Below are positions 1 to 10,433 of a stretch of DNA of 32,000 nucleotides, piece after piece. The notes below the pieces were generated by a model. It was not told the DNA's origin and did no database searches. It saw nothing but the letters and a program-made list of their open reading frames with translations. The DNA comes from Aliivibrio fischeri ES114 (GTDB lineage: Bacteria > Pseudomonadota > Gammaproteobacteria > Enterobacterales > Vibrionaceae). The translations under genes were made by a program, and so were the position numbers. The stretch lies in NCBI RefSeq assembly GCF_000011805.1, contig NC_006840.2. One strand, given 5' to 3'. Numbering within the stretch: the first letter of the stretch is position 1; each line of letters opens with the position of its first letter.

Positions 1-1
1 T

Positions 2-562
2 GCATTTGATGATGTAAAACATGACTTAGGTTATGGCTTACTTCTTAAGCGTTATACAGATAACGTAGTTGATGCAACAGAAGACCAAATTAAAGCGGCT
101 GCGGATGATTCTATCCCAACTGTATGGCCATTGTTCTTCTCATTCCGAATCATGGTTGCGTGTGGCGTATTAATGCTTGGTATCTTTGCTTTTGCATTTG
201 TTCAAACATGTCGTCAAAAAATCGAAGCGAAGCCTTGGTTACTTAAAGCTGCACTATTTGGTATGCCATTACCATGGATTGCGATTGAAGCAGGTTGGTT
301 CGTAGCAGAATATGGTCGTCAACCATGGGCTGTTGGTGAGATCTTACCTGTAAACGTAGCGGCATCAGCACTAACTGCAACTGAAATTCTAATTTCAATG
401 GCTGCAATTATTGGCTTGTACACGATTTTCTTGATTGCTGAAGTTTACCTAATGGTTAAATTTGCTCGTAAAGGTCCAAGTAGCTTGAAAACAGGCCGCT
501 ACCACTTTGAGCAAAATGGTCAAGATTCAGAAGCGAAATTAACTCGCCAAGTAGAAGCATAA
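2..562 (+). CDS. cydA: cytochrome bd-I ubiquinol oxidase subunit I, C-terminal part (5' end lies outside the window)
   Basis: The frame is open from position 2 ([18 protein letters not shown]...) and continuous with the 131..562 ORF. C-terminal TM segments and the GRQPW motif are typical of CydA. cydB follows directly. Confidence 0.9.
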   Translation, partial: AFDDVKHDLGYGLLLKRYTDNVVDATEDQIKAAADDSIPTVWPLFFSFRIMVACGVLMLGIFAFAFVQTCRQKIEAKPWLLKAALFGMPLPWIAIEAGWFVAEYGRQPWAVGEILPVNVAASALTATEILISMAAIIGLYTIFLIAEVYLMVKFARKGPSSLKTGRYHFEQNGQDSEAKLTRQVEA

Positions 563-579
563 AAACGGAGATTTGAGCA

Positions 580-1716
580 ATGTTTGATTACGAAGTATTG
601 CGATTTGTTTGGTGGGCATTAATCGGTGTATTGCTGATTGGCTTCGCTGTAACAGATGGATTCGATATGGGTGTTGGTGCACTAGTACCTGTTATCGGTA
701 AAACAGATTCAGAACGTCGAGTTATGATTAACTCAATTGCCCCTCACTGGGATGGTAACCAAGTATGGTTAATCACAGCAGGTGGTGCATTATTCGCAGC
801 ATGGCCATTAGTATACGCAACATCATTCTCAGGTTTTTACCTAGCAATGATCGTAACGTTAGCAGCACTATGGTTCCGTCCTGTTGGATTTGATTACCGT
901 TCTAAAATTGAAGATAAGCGCTGGCGTTCAGCGTGGGATGCAGCGATCTTTATTGGTAGCTTCGTTCCACCAGTTATCTTTGGTGTTGCGTTTGGTAACC
1001 TTTTACAAGGCGTACCATTCCAACTAGATAACCTAATGATGCCAACATACCATGGTTCATTCTTTGGTCTGTTAAACCCATTTGCACTAGTGTGTGGCCT
1101 AGTAAGTTCATTTATGTTCATTACTCAAGGCGCTACATGGCTACAAATGAAAACAACGGGTGAGTTGCACACTCGCGCACGAAATATTGCGATGATCTTT
1201 AGTGCTCTTGTGGTTGTTTTGTTTGTAATTGCTGGTATCTGGGCTCAAAGCATTGAAGGTTATGTGATTGTAGGTAGCTTAGATCACTTTGCTCCGTCAA
1301 ACCCATTAAATAAAGAAGTCGCTCGTGAAGTAGGTGCTTTGTTCCATAACTTCAACGAATACCCATTACTATGGATTGCTCCAGCATTAGCTGTGATCAT
1401 GCCTATCGTTACAATTATTGCATCTCGTGCAAATATTGGCGGTCTTGCGTTCTTAAGCTCAAGCTTAACGAACGCTGGTGTTATCTTAACTTCTGGTTTT
1501 GCGTTATTCCCATTCGTAATGCCATCGAGCTTGAACCCTAACCATAGCTTAACTATGTGGGATTCAACTTCAAGTGAGTTAACACTTACGCTAATGACAT
1601 ACGTTGCTATCGTAATGGTACCAATTATTCTTGCTTACACTATCTGGACGTACATTAAAATGTTTGGTCGTCTTGATAATAAATTCATTGAAGAGAACAA
1701 AACGTCTCTATACTAA
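580..1716 (+). CDS. cydB: cytochrome bd-I ubiquinol oxidase subunit II
   Basis: 378-aa polytopic membrane protein. The N-terminus MFDYEVLRFVWWALIGVLLIGFAVTDGFDMGVG is the CydB signature. It starts 18 nt after cydA, with GGAG upstream. Confidence 0.95.
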   Translation: MFDYEVLRFVWWALIGVLLIGFAVTDGFDMGVGALVPVIGKTDSERRVMINSIAPHWDGNQVWLITAGGALFAAWPLVYATSFSGFYLAMIVTLAALWFRPVGFDYRSKIEDKRWRSAWDAAIFIGSFVPPVIFGVAFGNLLQGVPFQLDNLMMPTYHGSFFGLLNPFALVCGLVSSFMFITQGATWLQMKTTGELHTRARNIAMIFSALVVVLFVIAGIWAQSIEGYVIVGSLDHFAPSNPLNKEVAREVGALFHNFNEYPLLWIAPALAVIMPIVTIIASRANIGGLAFLSSSLTNAGVILTSGFALFPFVMPSSLNPNHSLTMWDSTSSELTLTLMTYVAIVMVPIILAYTIWTYIKMFGRLDNKFIEENKTSLY

Positions 1717-1728
1717 GGAGTATTTACT

Positions 1729-1836
1729 ATGTGGTATTTCGCATGGATTCTAGGTGTTCTACTTGCTTGTGCATTTGGTATCATCAATGCTCTTTGGTTA
1801 GAGCACTCAGAAATGATGGATAAAGACAGTGAGTAA
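1729..1836 (+). CDS. cydX: cytochrome bd oxidase small subunit CydX (35 aa)
   Basis: Absent from the ORF track because it is too short. I translated ATG at 1729 by hand as MWYFAWILGVLLACAFGIINALWLEHSEMMDKDSE*. AAGGAG lies 8 nt upstream. It is a single TM helix with the MWYFxWILG start typical of CydX/YbgT, in the expected position after cydB. Confidence 0.8.
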   Translation: MWYFAWILGVLLACAFGIINALWLEHSEMMDKDSE

Positions 1837-2131
1837 TCTCGCTGACAAAATTGATAGCGTACAATCTCCAATCAACAATATCGTCATTCGTTTATTGTTG
1901 GTTGGTGTCGCAGTGTTTCATATGGCAATGCTAATGTGGGAACCGACAATATACGCTGAACGAATTGGTGGGTTTAGTGGGTTATTGGCTCCAGCTCTAA
2001 TTTATTCAGTGTGTACCGCTTTCATTTTTGTTGTTGGATTCATTCCTCAAAAATGGGGATGGAAACTTCTGTTTAGCCCATATTTTTCAATGTTGATTTT
2101 GATATATTTCAGTTACTTATACTTTATGTAG
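1829..2131 (+). CDS. ybgE: cyd operon protein YbgE (small membrane protein)
   Basis: 100-aa hydrophobic ORF. Its GTG start overlaps the last 8 nt of cydX. Its position after cydABX matches enterobacterial and Vibrio synteny. Confidence 0.7.
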   Translation: MSNLADKIDSVQSPINNIVIRLLLVGVAVFHMAMLMWEPTIYAERIGGFSGLLAPALIYSVCTAFIFVVGFIPQKWGWKLLFSPYFSMLILIYFSYLYFM

Positions 2132-2172
2132 TTTGCTTGCATTAAAGTCATCAGTTGAAACATAATATTGAG

Positions 2173-2211
2173 TGGTTTGTTACTTATTTAAGTGACAAAC
2201 CATTTTTTTTT
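2173..2211 (+). terminator. rho-independent terminator of the cyd operon
   Basis: 11-bp stem TGGTTTGTTAC/GTGACAAACCA (one G-U pair), 8-nt loop, then nine T residues at 2203-2211. Confidence 0.7.
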
Positions 2212-2308
2212 ACGATTTAACCTCAAAATGTAAATATCATATAGTTACCTAGGGTTAAGATCAGTTATAGTTAGCAATTGATTTTTCAATAATAATGAGA
2301 AAGGTGAG

Positions 2309-2719
2309 ATGAATACGAATCCATTTAAATGGCCTATAACCATTTATTATGAAGATACCGATGCTGGTGGCGTTGTATATCATTCAAACTACCTTAAGTT
2401 CTTTGAGCGTGCACGAACTGAACTATTACGAGACAAAGGGGTCTCCCAACAAGTAATGTTGAATGAATCTATAGGCTTTGTTGTAAAGAGTTTACAGATT
2501 GATTTCATTTCAGCAGCTCGTTTAGATGAACAACTTATTGTTGAAACATTAGTAACAGAAATTAAAAAAGTATCGCTAACCTTTTGTCAAATATTGGTTA
2601 ATTCTGACGGTAAAGTATTGTGCAAAGCTACGGTTAAGGTAGCCTGTGTCGATAATTCAGTTATGAAACCAACGGCGATCCCATCGTTTATTTTATCGGA
2701 GATATCTTGTGACAGGTGA
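2309..2719 (+). CDS. ybgC: tol-pal-associated acyl-CoA thioesterase (4HBT/hotdog fold)
   Basis: 136 aa. The motif [24 protein letters not shown] is the YbgC/4HBT catalytic-Asp motif. It overlaps the tolQ start. Confidence 0.9.
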   Translation: MNTNPFKWPITIYYEDTDAGGVVYHSNYLKFFERARTELLRDKGVSQQVMLNESIGFVVKSLQIDFISAARLDEQLIVETLVTEIKKVSLTFCQILVNSDGKVLCKATVKVACVDNSVMKPTAIPSFILSEISCDR

Positions 2720-3395
2720 ACTATCAATTCTCGATCTATTTTTACAAGCTAGTTTATTAGTTAAGATCGTGATGCTTATTCTATTAAGCTTGTCTGTAAT
2801 TTCATGGGCGATGATCTTTAAACGCTCAAAAGTATTATCTGTAGCTCGTAGCGATGCGGAACGTTTTGAAGATAAATTTTGGTCTGGTATGGATTTATCT
2901 CAACTGTTCAATGAAGTGAAAGTTCGTAAAGATCGAATTAGCGGAACAGAGAAAATCTTTTATTCAGGTTTTAATGAGTTTGCTCGTTTATCTCGAGTAA
3001 ATTCTTCTTCATCAGAAGCAGTAATGGACGGAACGGCTCGTGCTATGCGTGTGACGGTTTCTCGTGAAGTGGATAACTTAGAGACGAATCTACCTTTCCT
3101 AGCAACAGTTGGCTCTATTACACCTTATATCGGCCTGTTTGGTACGGTATGGGGTATTATGCACGCATTCATTGCTTTGGGTGCAGTAAAACAAGCAACA
3201 CTTGCTATGGTGGCACCGGGTATCGCAGAAGCACTTGTAGCGACAGCTATGGGTTTATTTGCTGCTATCCCAGCAGTTATCGCTTATAACCGTTTAAGTG
3301 TTAAAGTAGGCAAGTTAGAACACAACTATGCTGCATTTATGGATGAGTTCTCAAGTATTCTTCACCGTCAAGCTATGGCGAGTCAGGAGAAGTAA
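2709..3395 (+). CDS. tolQ: Tol-Pal system inner-membrane protein TolQ
   Basis: 228 aa with three TM segments. It has the MotA/TolQ/ExbB C-terminal motif ([10 protein letters not shown]...[15 protein letters not shown]). Operon context supports the call. Confidence 0.95.
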   Translation: MTGELSILDLFLQASLLVKIVMLILLSLSVISWAMIFKRSKVLSVARSDAERFEDKFWSGMDLSQLFNEVKVRKDRISGTEKIFYSGFNEFARLSRVNSSSSEAVMDGTARAMRVTVSREVDNLETNLPFLATVGSITPYIGLFGTVWGIMHAFIALGAVKQATLAMVAPGIAEALVATAMGLFAAIPAVIAYNRLSVKVGKLEHNYAAFMDEFSSILHRQAMASQEK

Positions 3396-3841
3396 TGTCT
3401 GGTTATCAACCTAAAAAACGTAAGTTAACTGCTGAAATCAATGTAGTTCCATACATTGATGTAATGTTAGTACTATTAATTATTTTCATGGTAACCGCTC
3501 CTTTTGTGACTCAAGGTGTTGATGTTGATTTACCTGAAATGACCAATACGAAATCAGCACAAGCAATGGCAGGAGAAGATCCTAATGCGACATTTATTAT
3601 CGTTGAAGTAGATAAAGACGGTAATTTAGGTTTAAGTGTTGATAACCAAGAAGTGCGCCGACCTATGTCGATGCAAGAAATGATCACTAATGTAAAAGCT
3701 GAATTAAGTATTAAACCAAACTCTCCAGTAGCGGTGGGTGGGGATGCTAGTACACCTTATGCTGAAATTGTTTTGGTTTTGGATGAATTGAGTCGAGCGG
3801 GCGTTAGTAAAGTAGGCTTGCTCACTGATCTCAAGGAATAG
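3395..3841 (+). CDS. tolR: Tol-Pal system protein TolR
   Basis: 148 aa. The motif EINVVPYIDVMLVLLIIFMVTAP is the ExbD/TolR signature, including the conserved Asp. It is TAATG-coupled to tolQ. Confidence 0.95.
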   Translation: MSGYQPKKRKLTAEINVVPYIDVMLVLLIIFMVTAPFVTQGVDVDLPEMTNTKSAQAMAGEDPNATFIIVEVDKDGNLGLSVDNQEVRRPMSMQEMITNVKAELSIKPNSPVAVGGDASTPYAEIVLVLDELSRAGVSKVGLLTDLKE

Positions 3842-3854
3842 AAGTGAATAACCA

Positions 3855-4898
3855 TTGATGAAAGCGGATAATAATTACACATTTGCCATTGGTGTTTCTG
3901 TAGTGCTTCACTTACTGTTAGTGATAGCACTGATATTTGGTAGCGATTTTTCTTTAGATGACAAAGCTAAGCCAAATACGATTCAAGCGGTTGTGATTGA
4001 TCCTGGCACGATAGCTAAGCAAGCAAATCAAATTCGACAAGAACGAGAAAGAGCTGAGCGAGCTGAGCAAGAACGTTTGAAGAAATTAAAACAGCAAGCG
4101 GCACAGTTAGAAAAGAATCGTAAGGCAGAAGAAGAACGTATTCGTCGATTAAAAGAAAAGCAAGTTCAAGAGAAAAAAGCCGCTCGTCAAGCGGAAGAAG
4201 AACGCAAAAAAGCAGTAGCTGAAGCGAAAAAAGAGAAAGAACGTGCAGTAGCTGCAGAGGCTGAGCGTAAACGAAAAGCAGACGCAGCAGCTAAAGCAGA
4301 AGCGGCAAAACAGGCTAAAATTAAAGCGGATAAAGAAAAAGCAGCGAAAGAGGCTGCTAAGAAAGCGCAATTAGAAAAAGAGCGAGCAGCTAAAGCTGAA
4401 GCAGATCGTAAGGCAAAAGAAAAAGCGGCCAAAGCAGAAGCTGAAAGAAAAGCGAAAGCAGAGGCTGAACGAGTAGCTAAAGCCAAAGCAGCAGAAAAAG
4501 CTCGTAAAGAAAAAGCAGCGAGAGCAGAAGCTGAGCGTAAACAGAAAGAAGCAGCATTAAATGATATCTTTGCAGGTTTAGAAGATGAGACGGTTCAGAA
4601 CTCATCAGCTAAACAACAGCATATTGATAATGAAGTTAATCGCCATGCGGCAATTTATACTCAAATGATTCAGCAAAACTTGCTGGTTGATGAGACATAT
4701 GTAGGTAAAAGCTGTCGAGTGAAAATTAAGTTGGCCTCTTCCGGATTACTTTTATCTGTGACCACTTTAGGTGGTGATGCTCAAGTTTGTCGAGCTGCAA
4801 AAACAGCAGTAACAAAAGTGAATGTGTTTCCTATGCCAAAGGATGCAGATGTTGTTGCTAAGTTAACGAATATAAACCTTACCGTTCAACCAGAATAA
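3855..4898 (+). CDS. tolA: Tol-Pal system protein TolA
   Basis: It has an N-terminal TM anchor, a long Lys/Ala/Glu-rich helical domain II and a C-terminal TolA domain III. The start is either TTG 3855 or the adjacent ATG 3858. Confidence 0.9.
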   Translation: MMKADNNYTFAIGVSVVLHLLLVIALIFGSDFSLDDKAKPNTIQAVVIDPGTIAKQANQIRQERERAERAEQERLKKLKQQAAQLEKNRKAEEERIRRLKEKQVQEKKAARQAEEERKKAVAEAKKEKERAVAAEAERKRKADAAAKAEAAKQAKIKADKEKAAKEAAKKAQLEKERAAKAEADRKAKEKAAKAEAERKAKAEAERVAKAKAAEKARKEKAARAEAERKQKEAALNDIFAGLEDETVQNSSAKQQHIDNEVNRHAAIYTQMIQQNLLVDETYVGKSCRVKIKLASSGLLLSVTTLGGDAQVCRAAKTAVTKVNVFPMPKDADVVAKLTNINLTVQPE

Positions 4899-4908
4899 GG
4901 AAGAGCAA

Positions 4909-6261
4909 GTGCTTAAACGATGGATATTAACCCTATTTGTGGTTTGTTTAGGTTTTAGTCAGGTTGCAAAAGCCGAGCTAGAACTGGTTATTACAGAAGG
5001 TATTGATTCAGCAAGACCAATTGGTATTGTGCCTTTTAAATGGCATGGAGAGGGCAAGTTACCGCAAGATATATCTGCGATTATTTCGTCTGATTTACAG
5101 CGTAGTGGTAAGTTTAGTCCTGTTGCAACTAATAAAATGCCACAAACACCTTATAAAGATTCGGATATTAATTACGAAGCTTGGACAAAAATGGGTGTGG
5201 ATGCGATTGTTACTGGCGAAGTTAAATTAAACGCACAAGGTAAGTATGAAGTTACATACAAACTTATCGATGTGGTTCGTGGTCAGTTAACTAAAGGTCA
5301 ATCTAAGGCATTAGATGAATCAGGTAAGTTAGTACTTACTCGAGACCATATTTTAGTTAATAAAGTGGCGTCATTATCGACAAAGCAATTGCGTAAATAT
5401 GCACACCGTATTTCTGATGTGGTGTATGAGAAATTGACAGGTGAAAGAGGTGCGTTTTTAACTCGTATCGCTTATGTGGTTGTAAATGACAAAGCACAAT
5501 ACCCATACCAGTTAAGAATTGCTGACTATGATGGTTATAATGAACGCTTAGTTCTGAAATCGAAACAACCTATCATGTCACCAGCATGGTCACCTGATGG
5601 TAAAAAGCTTGCATATGTAAGTTTTGAAAATAGAAAGTCACAAATTTTCATTATGAATATTTATACGGGTAAGAGAGAGTTAATTGCTTCTTATCCGCGT
5701 CATAATGGAGCACCGCGCTTCTCACATGATGGTGATAAGTTAGCGATAGTATTATCAAAATCTGGAAGTCTACAAATTTATGTTGTGGATTTGAAGACCA
5801 AAAAAATGAGTCAAATTACTCGCGGTAGAGCGAATAATACCGAACCTTTTTGGGCTCCAGATAACAAGTCACTTATATTTACATCAGATCGGGGTGGTAA
5901 ACCTCAGATATATAGAGTAAATTTAGGGGATGGTTCGACTAAACGTTTAACCTGGCAAGGCAGTCAGAATCTTGGTGGGCAGATTACTCCAGACGGTAAA
6001 TACATCGTTATGGTAAATCGCTCAGAGACTGGATTTAATCTAGCGAAACAAGATTTAGAAACCGGTGCTGTCCAGGTCTTAACAAAGACACTACTGGATG
6101 AGTCACCAAGTATTGCGCCAAATGGTGGCATGGTGATTTACAGTTCAATCTATAGAAAACAAAATGTTCTTTCTATGGTTTCTATAGATGGCCGTTTTAA
6201 AGCTCGCTTACCAGCGACTAACGGTCGTGTAAGGGCACCAGCGTGGTCGCCATTTTTATAG
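4909..6261 (+). CDS. tolB: Tol-Pal system periplasmic beta-propeller protein TolB
   Basis: 450 aa with a signal peptide ending AKA-ELE. Repeated PxWSPDG-type beta-propeller blades are present ([38 protein letters not shown]). Confidence 0.95.
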   Translation: MLKRWILTLFVVCLGFSQVAKAELELVITEGIDSARPIGIVPFKWHGEGKLPQDISAIISSDLQRSGKFSPVATNKMPQTPYKDSDINYEAWTKMGVDAIVTGEVKLNAQGKYEVTYKLIDVVRGQLTKGQSKALDESGKLVLTRDHILVNKVASLSTKQLRKYAHRISDVVYEKLTGERGAFLTRIAYVVVNDKAQYPYQLRIADYDGYNERLVLKSKQPIMSPAWSPDGKKLAYVSFENRKSQIFIMNIYTGKRELIASYPRHNGAPRFSHDGDKLAIVLSKSGSLQIYVVDLKTKKMSQITRGRANNTEPFWAPDNKSLIFTSDRGGKPQIYRVNLGDGSTKRLTWQGSQNLGGQITPDGKYIVMVNRSETGFNLAKQDLETGAVQVLTKTLLDESPSIAPNGGMVIYSSIYRKQNVLSMVSIDGRFKARLPATNGRVRAPAWSPFL

Positions 6262-6296
6262 CTACTAAAAATATTTAGGAAAATAAGGAAAATACA

Positions 6297-6863
6297 ATGC
6301 AACTAAATAAACTTCTTAAGAGCCTTTTAATCGCGTTGCCTGTGGTTGCTCTTTCAGCTTGTAGTTCTAGCGACAGCGCAACTGACAGTACTGCTGGCCA
6401 AGAATCAACTAATGCTGCAGAGACTCAAACAACTAACGGTGCAGAAGGTCAAACAGATACAGCTGTTCTATCTTCTATCGAAGCTGATGAAGCAATGAAC
6501 GAAGCTGAAGTACGTGCTCAAGCTGAGCAAGAACTTCGTAAAGTTCAAACTGTTTACTTCGCATTTGATAACTCAACAATCTCTTCAGAATACGAAGATA
6601 TGCTTGCAGCTCACGCAGCTTTCCTAAGTGCTGATCCTTCAATCAAAGTAACTGTTGAAGGTCACGCTGATGAGCGCGGTACTCCTGAATACAACATCGC
6701 TCTAGGCGAGCGTCGTGCTAAAGCAGTATCTAAGTACCTACAAGCTCTAGGTGTTTCTGCAGACCAAATCTCTATCGTAAGCTACGGTGAAGAGAAGCCA
6801 CTAGTTCTTGGCCAAACAGCTGAAGACTACGCTAAAAACCGTCGTGCAGTATTAGTATACTAA
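6297..6863 (+). CDS. pal: peptidoglycan-associated lipoprotein Pal
   Basis: Lipobox LSAC. A Thr/Ser/Gln/Ala-rich linker precedes an OmpA-like C-terminal domain ([10 protein letters not shown]...[20 protein letters not shown]). Confidence 0.95.
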   Translation: MQLNKLLKSLLIALPVVALSACSSSDSATDSTAGQESTNAAETQTTNGAEGQTDTAVLSSIEADEAMNEAEVRAQAEQELRKVQTVYFAFDNSTISSEYEDMLAAHAAFLSADPSIKVTVEGHADERGTPEYNIALGERRAKAVSKYLQALGVSADQISIVSYGEEKPLVLGQTAEDYAKNRRAVLVY

Positions 6864-6888
6864 TCGATAGTTTATAAGGCTGACTTAT

Positions 6889-7647
6889 ATGAAATACAGT
6901 AACCTTAAGCGAATCATTCCGCTTACGTTGCTGGCTAGTGCGGCGACCCTTGTGGTCGCCGCACCTGCTCCAGTCACAGATTTAAATGCTAGTTCCAATT
7001 CTACCTCTTCTGCTCCTGCATCATCGGCAAGTATTGAACGCCTAGAACGTTTAATTAAAAGTCGTAATCAAATTCAGCTTCAATTACAACAGCAGTTGGA
7101 TGGTTTATCTCAAGAGCTTTCAGAGATGCGAGGCACGGTAGAGCGCAATAGCTATGAACTTGATCAGATGCTTGAGCGTCAACGTCAGCTGTATATTGAA
7201 ATAGACAACATAAGAACAGCTAAACCAACTGTAGAAGCGAAGCCTGAAGCAACAGAAGGTGCTTATGCTGCTGATACTAATGAAAATGCGGCTTATCAAA
7301 ATGCAGTGGATTTGATCTTAAAAGAGAAAAACTACGCAGGGGCAACAAAAGCATTTCAAGAATTTGTAACGGCATACCCTGATTCAGTATATAGCTCGAA
7401 TGCACATTACTGGTTAGGACAGTTGTACTTTGCTCAAAAAAATGATGTAGAAGCAGCCAAGAGTTTTGCTAAAGTCGTTAGTTATGCAGACTCAAATAAA
7501 CGAGCTGATGCTCTACTGAAGTTAGGCGAAGTAGCTAAACGCAATAATAATAATGCGGCAGCAAAAAAATATTATCAAAAAGTAGTTAATGAATACCCAG
7601 ATAGTACGACTGCGAAAACTGCAGCATCTAAACTGGAATCACTGTAA
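6889..7647 (+). CDS. cpoB: cell division coordinator CpoB (YbgF)
   Basis: Signal peptide, N-terminal coiled coil (QLQLQQQLDGLSQELSEMRG) and C-terminal TPR region (YWLGQLYF...YPDS). It is the last gene of the tol-pal cluster. Confidence 0.9.
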   Translation: MKYSNLKRIIPLTLLASAATLVVAAPAPVTDLNASSNSTSSAPASSASIERLERLIKSRNQIQLQLQQQLDGLSQELSEMRGTVERNSYELDQMLERQRQLYIEIDNIRTAKPTVEAKPEATEGAYAADTNENAAYQNAVDLILKEKNYAGATKAFQEFVTAYPDSVYSSNAHYWLGQLYFAQKNDVEAAKSFAKVVSYADSNKRADALLKLGEVAKRNNNNAAAKKYYQKVVNEYPDSTTAKTAASKLESL

Positions 7648-7678
7648 CTTTGCTGAATTTTTAGTATTTTTAAAACAT

Positions 7679-7703
7679 AAAGGAGCCTAAGGCTCCTTTT
7701 TTA
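7679..7703 (+). terminator. rho-independent terminator after cpoB
   Basis: AGGAGCC-TAA-GGCTCCT hairpin at 7681-7697, followed by TTTTTT. Confidence 0.75.
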
Positions 7704-7714
7704 TTTCCCCTAAC

Positions 7715-7742
7715 TTGCTGACTAAATCATTAGGGGTATAAT
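7715..7742 (+). promoter_or_regulatory. candidate sigma70 promoter of nadA
   Basis: -35 TTGCTG (7715-7720), 16-nt spacer, perfect -10 TATAAT (7737-7742), about 37 nt upstream of the nadA ATG. Confidence 0.45.
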
Positions 7743-7778
7743 GCTCAAACTATTTGAAAAAAGTTACTGAGCTGAGCA

Positions 7779-8828
7779 ATGGGCCATATTCTAGATCACA
7801 TCGATACCGTTTATCCTTTCCCTCCAAAGCCAATCGCATTAAGTGCGGAAGAGAAAGTAGAATACATTTCTAAAATCAAACAATTACTTAGAGATAAAAA
7901 TGCGGTATTAATTGCCCATTATTATACTGATCCTGAAATTCAAGCATTAGCTGAAGAGACTGGTGGTTTTGTTGGTGATTCACTTGAAATGGCTAAATTT
8001 GGTAATCGTCATGAAGCAAAAACATTAGTGATTGCTGGTGTTCGTTTCATGGGAGAATCTGCAAAAATTCTAACGCCTGAAAAAACCATTCTGATGCCGA
8101 CATTAGAGGCAGAGTGCTCACTAGATTTAGGCTGTCCAGCAGACAAGTTTACTGAGTTTTGTGACGCGCACCCTGATCATACGGTTGTGGTTTACGCTAA
8201 TACTTCTGCAGCAGTAAAAGCTCGAGCTGATTGGGTGGTAACATCAAGCATTGCTTTAGAAATCGTAGAGCACCTAGATGATGAAGATAAAAAAATCATT
8301 TGGGGACCAGATCGTCATTTAGGCTCATATATTGCGAATAAAACTGGCGCAGATATGCTTCTATGGCAAGGTGAGTGTATTGTTCATGATGAATTCTCAG
8401 CAAAAGCTTTAAAAGATGCTAAAGCACTTCACCCTGATGCTGCTGTGTTAGTTCACCCTGAATCACCAGCAAGTGTTGTTGAGTTAGCGGACGCTGTTGG
8501 TTCTACAAGTCAATTAATCAAAGCAGCTAAAGAGCTACCACAACAAAAAATGATTGTTGCAACAGATAAAGGTATTTTCTTTAAAATGCAGCAAATGGTG
8601 CCAGAGAAAGAATTACTTGAAGCACCAACTGCAGGTGCTGGCGCAACATGCCGTAGTTGTGCTCACTGTCCTTGGATGGCTATGAATGGCTTAGTTGCTA
8701 TTGAGAAGTCACTTCGAGAAGGTGGGTCTGAGCATGAGATTTTCTTAGATGAAGAAACACGTTTAAAATCTCTTATTCCATTAAATCGTATGTTAGATTT
8801 TGCTGAGCAATTAAACGCAAATAGATAA
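7779..8828 (+). CDS. nadA: quinolinate synthase NadA
   Basis: 349 aa. The protein aligns with E. coli NadA in [30 protein letters not shown], the ECSLDLGCP Cys ligand region and [12 protein letters not shown]. Confidence 0.95.
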   Translation: MGHILDHIDTVYPFPPKPIALSAEEKVEYISKIKQLLRDKNAVLIAHYYTDPEIQALAEETGGFVGDSLEMAKFGNRHEAKTLVIAGVRFMGESAKILTPEKTILMPTLEAECSLDLGCPADKFTEFCDAHPDHTVVVYANTSAAVKARADWVVTSSIALEIVEHLDDEDKKIIWGPDRHLGSYIANKTGADMLLWQGECIVHDEFSAKALKDAKALHPDAAVLVHPESPASVVELADAVGSTSQLIKAAKELPQQKMIVATDKGIFFKMQQMVPEKELLEAPTAGAGATCRSCAHCPWMAMNGLVAIEKSLREGGSEHEIFLDEETRLKSLIPLNRMLDFAEQLNANR

Positions 8829-8846
8829 TGCGATAAATGTTTTATA

Positions 8847-8879
8847 TAAAAATGGCGACCAGTGCGGTCGCCATTTTTG
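8847..8879. terminator. bidirectional rho-independent terminator between nadA and the convergent UPF0149 gene
   Basis: AATGGCGACC-AGTGC-GGTCGCCATT hairpin, flanked by an A-run on the left and a T-run on the right. Confidence 0.8.
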
Positions 8880-8901
8880 TAATTTTATTTTTGGACTTTA
8901 T

Positions 8902-9492
8902 TTATTCGTCGCGACTTGCTTCTGCTTCTGCAAGTTCATAACCACGCATGGTTAATCCTGATAGCATCATAGGTACAGCATTGTAAATTTCAGTGAATTC
9001 GCCTAAACCTTCGATACCTTGTTCTTCTAATGCAGATAGCGCCGTCTCTGGGTCAAAAAGCATGCTAATAGAAAGTAATACACCACCAAGTAAGGCGTTG
9101 TTTTCACTTTCTTCTGGCATTAAGGTTTCCCAATCATCACGAGTTAGTTGCCAGCCTTGTAATAGACCTTCTGAAAATTGACGAGTTTCAGAAGTAACGA
9201 TTTCTTCATCATCTAATTTACACTCTTCAGGCCATTGCCATGTGCCAGATAAAAACGCTTCACGATAATCATTCCATAAGTTAACAACGATGTTCGCATA
9301 AGCTTCTAGATCTTCTGCATTAGTAAATGGAGAAGTTTCTTCACCACCCCATAAAAAAGCTAACCATTCATTTGGATTAATCAGATTAGGGGCTGCTGCC
9401 ATAGCGGCAATAAAACCTTGAGTTTGCGCTTCAGTAAGCAGTTTATTTTCTAATTCAGGGTTTGAAAGAATTGTCGTAAGTGATAAAGACAT
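8902..9492 (-). CDS. UPF0149 family protein (YecA N-terminal-domain-like, no SEC-C zinc motif)
   Basis: 196-aa acidic protein. The motifs FIAAMAAAPNLINPNEWLAFLWGG and FSEGLLQGW resemble the UPF0149 (YecA/YgfB) core. It lacks a C-terminal CPCGSGKK-type motif. Confidence 0.75.
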   Translation of the reverse strand: MSLSLTTILSNPELENKLLTEAQTQGFIAAMAAAPNLINPNEWLAFLWGGEETSPFTNAEDLEAYANIVVNLWNDYREAFLSGTWQWPEECKLDDEEIVTSETRQFSEGLLQGWQLTRDDWETLMPEESENNALLGGVLLSISMLFDPETALSALEEQGIEGLGEFTEIYNAVPMMLSGLTMRGYELAEAEASRDE

Positions 9493-9802
9493 AGTGTTCT
9501 CATTCCATTCAATTTTTTACTATTGTACCAAGAAGTTTTTGCCTTGTCTGAAATGAAATTATGTAGCAATTTTGTATGTAATTTTATTACCTATACTGCC
9601 AAGTAGTTGATCAAACTGATTTTGAACGTAAAAGTAGCTGTAAATTTACTACATAGTTTCAACTTCAGTATCTAATTCTGTATACATTGTGGTCTAATAG
9701 CCATAATTGCTAGTTAGATCTACCTGTCTAGTTCATTCCACTGGATGTATTTCATCATCCAGTCCATTAGTCTGATATTTGTGTGTTGGAGAGAGTAAGT
9801 TA

Positions 9803-10255
9803 ATGTCTAAGAAAGGGCCATTTAATATCCGCAATGCTGCGGCTGATACATTTGCAATGGTGGTTTTTTGTTTTATTACGGGCATGTTTATTGAAATATT
9901 AATTTCAGGAATGACATTTGAGCAGTCGTTGGCTTCTCGAACTCTTTCCATACCAGTTAACATCGCAATCGCATGGCCTTATGGGGTTTTTCGTGATTTT
10001 ATGCTTCGTCAAGGTGCTCGTATATCACCAAGCAAATTCATGAAGAATATTGCAGACTTAGTTGCGTATGTGACATTCCAGTCGCCAGCTTACGCTATGA
10101 TTTTATTAGTCGTGGGGGCAACACCAGAGCAAATCATTACTGCTGTTTCAAGTAATGTTGTTGTCTCATGTGTAATGGGTGTGTTTTATGGTTACTTTTT
10201 AGATGCTTGCCGTAAAGCATTTAAAGTTCCTGGTTACTACACACCACAAGCATAA
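9803..10255 (+). CDS. alaE: L-alanine exporter AlaE
   Basis: It aligns closely with E. coli AlaE/YgaW ([53 protein letters not shown]). I prefer ATG 9803 (150 aa) over the longer 9779 start. Confidence 0.85.
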   Translation: MSKKGPFNIRNAAADTFAMVVFCFITGMFIEILISGMTFEQSLASRTLSIPVNIAIAWPYGVFRDFMLRQGARISPSKFMKNIADLVAYVTFQSPAYAMILLVVGATPEQIITAVSSNVVVSCVMGVFYGYFLDACRKAFKVPGYYTPQA

Positions 10256-10279
10256 GTATAAACTTTTATGTTATAGATA

Positions 10280-10309
10280 AAGCCAGCATATAATTATGTT
10301 GGCTTTTTT
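10280..10309 (+). terminator. rho-independent terminator after alaE
   Basis: AAGCCAGCAT/ATGTTGGCTT stem (one G-U pair), followed by TTTTTT. Confidence 0.7.
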
Positions 10310-10372
10310 GTTTATAACACGAGCAAGACGTGTAAAAATGAAGCAACCAATTGAGATTCTGTAAGAAACTCC

Positions 10373-10401
10373 TTGACCCCTAGAGGCTAAATCATTAAAT
10401 T
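10373..10401 (+). promoter_or_regulatory. candidate sigma70 promoter of tRNA-Ser with GC-rich discriminator
   Basis: -35 TTGACC (10373-10378), 17-nt spacer, -10 TAAATT (10396-10401). The following AGCGCTCG is typical of stringently controlled stable-RNA promoters. It lies about 30 nt upstream of the tRNA. Confidence 0.45.
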
Positions 10402-10433
10402 AGCGCTCGTTGTTTCAAAAAGAACAACAATTC

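Noticed and set aside
894-1121. 75-aa minus-strand ORF inside cydB
   Set aside because: It lies entirely antisense to a high-confidence membrane protein gene, with no RBS or family resemblance.
4149-4486. Two minus-strand ORFs (73 and 99 aa) inside tolA
   Set aside because: They are antisense read-throughs of the Lys/Ala/Glu-rich repetitive codons of TolA domain II. Their products are low-complexity Phe/Ser/Ala strings with no start context.
4020-4560. Repetitive DNA in tolA that could be mistaken for a tandem repeat or array
   Set aside because: The repeats are imperfect and in-frame (KAEAERKAK-type heptad-like units) within a continuous ORF. There is no spacer-repeat organisation, so it is coding low complexity, not CRISPR or a satellite.
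5003-5230. 75-aa plus-strand ORF in an alternative frame of tolB
   Set aside because: It is embedded out of frame in tolB, and its composition is typical of frame-shifted AT-rich coding sequence.
8993-9181. 62-aa plus-strand ORF opposite the UPF0149 gene
   Set aside because: It is antisense to a well-supported gene, Ser/Pro-rich, and has no start signals.
9733-9963. 76-aa minus-strand ORF overlapping the alaE 5' end
   Set aside because: It overlaps the strongly supported alaE on the opposite strand. I noted an 8-bp hairpin at 9740-9763 (ACTGGATG/CATCCAGT) in the alaE leader but could not assign it a role.
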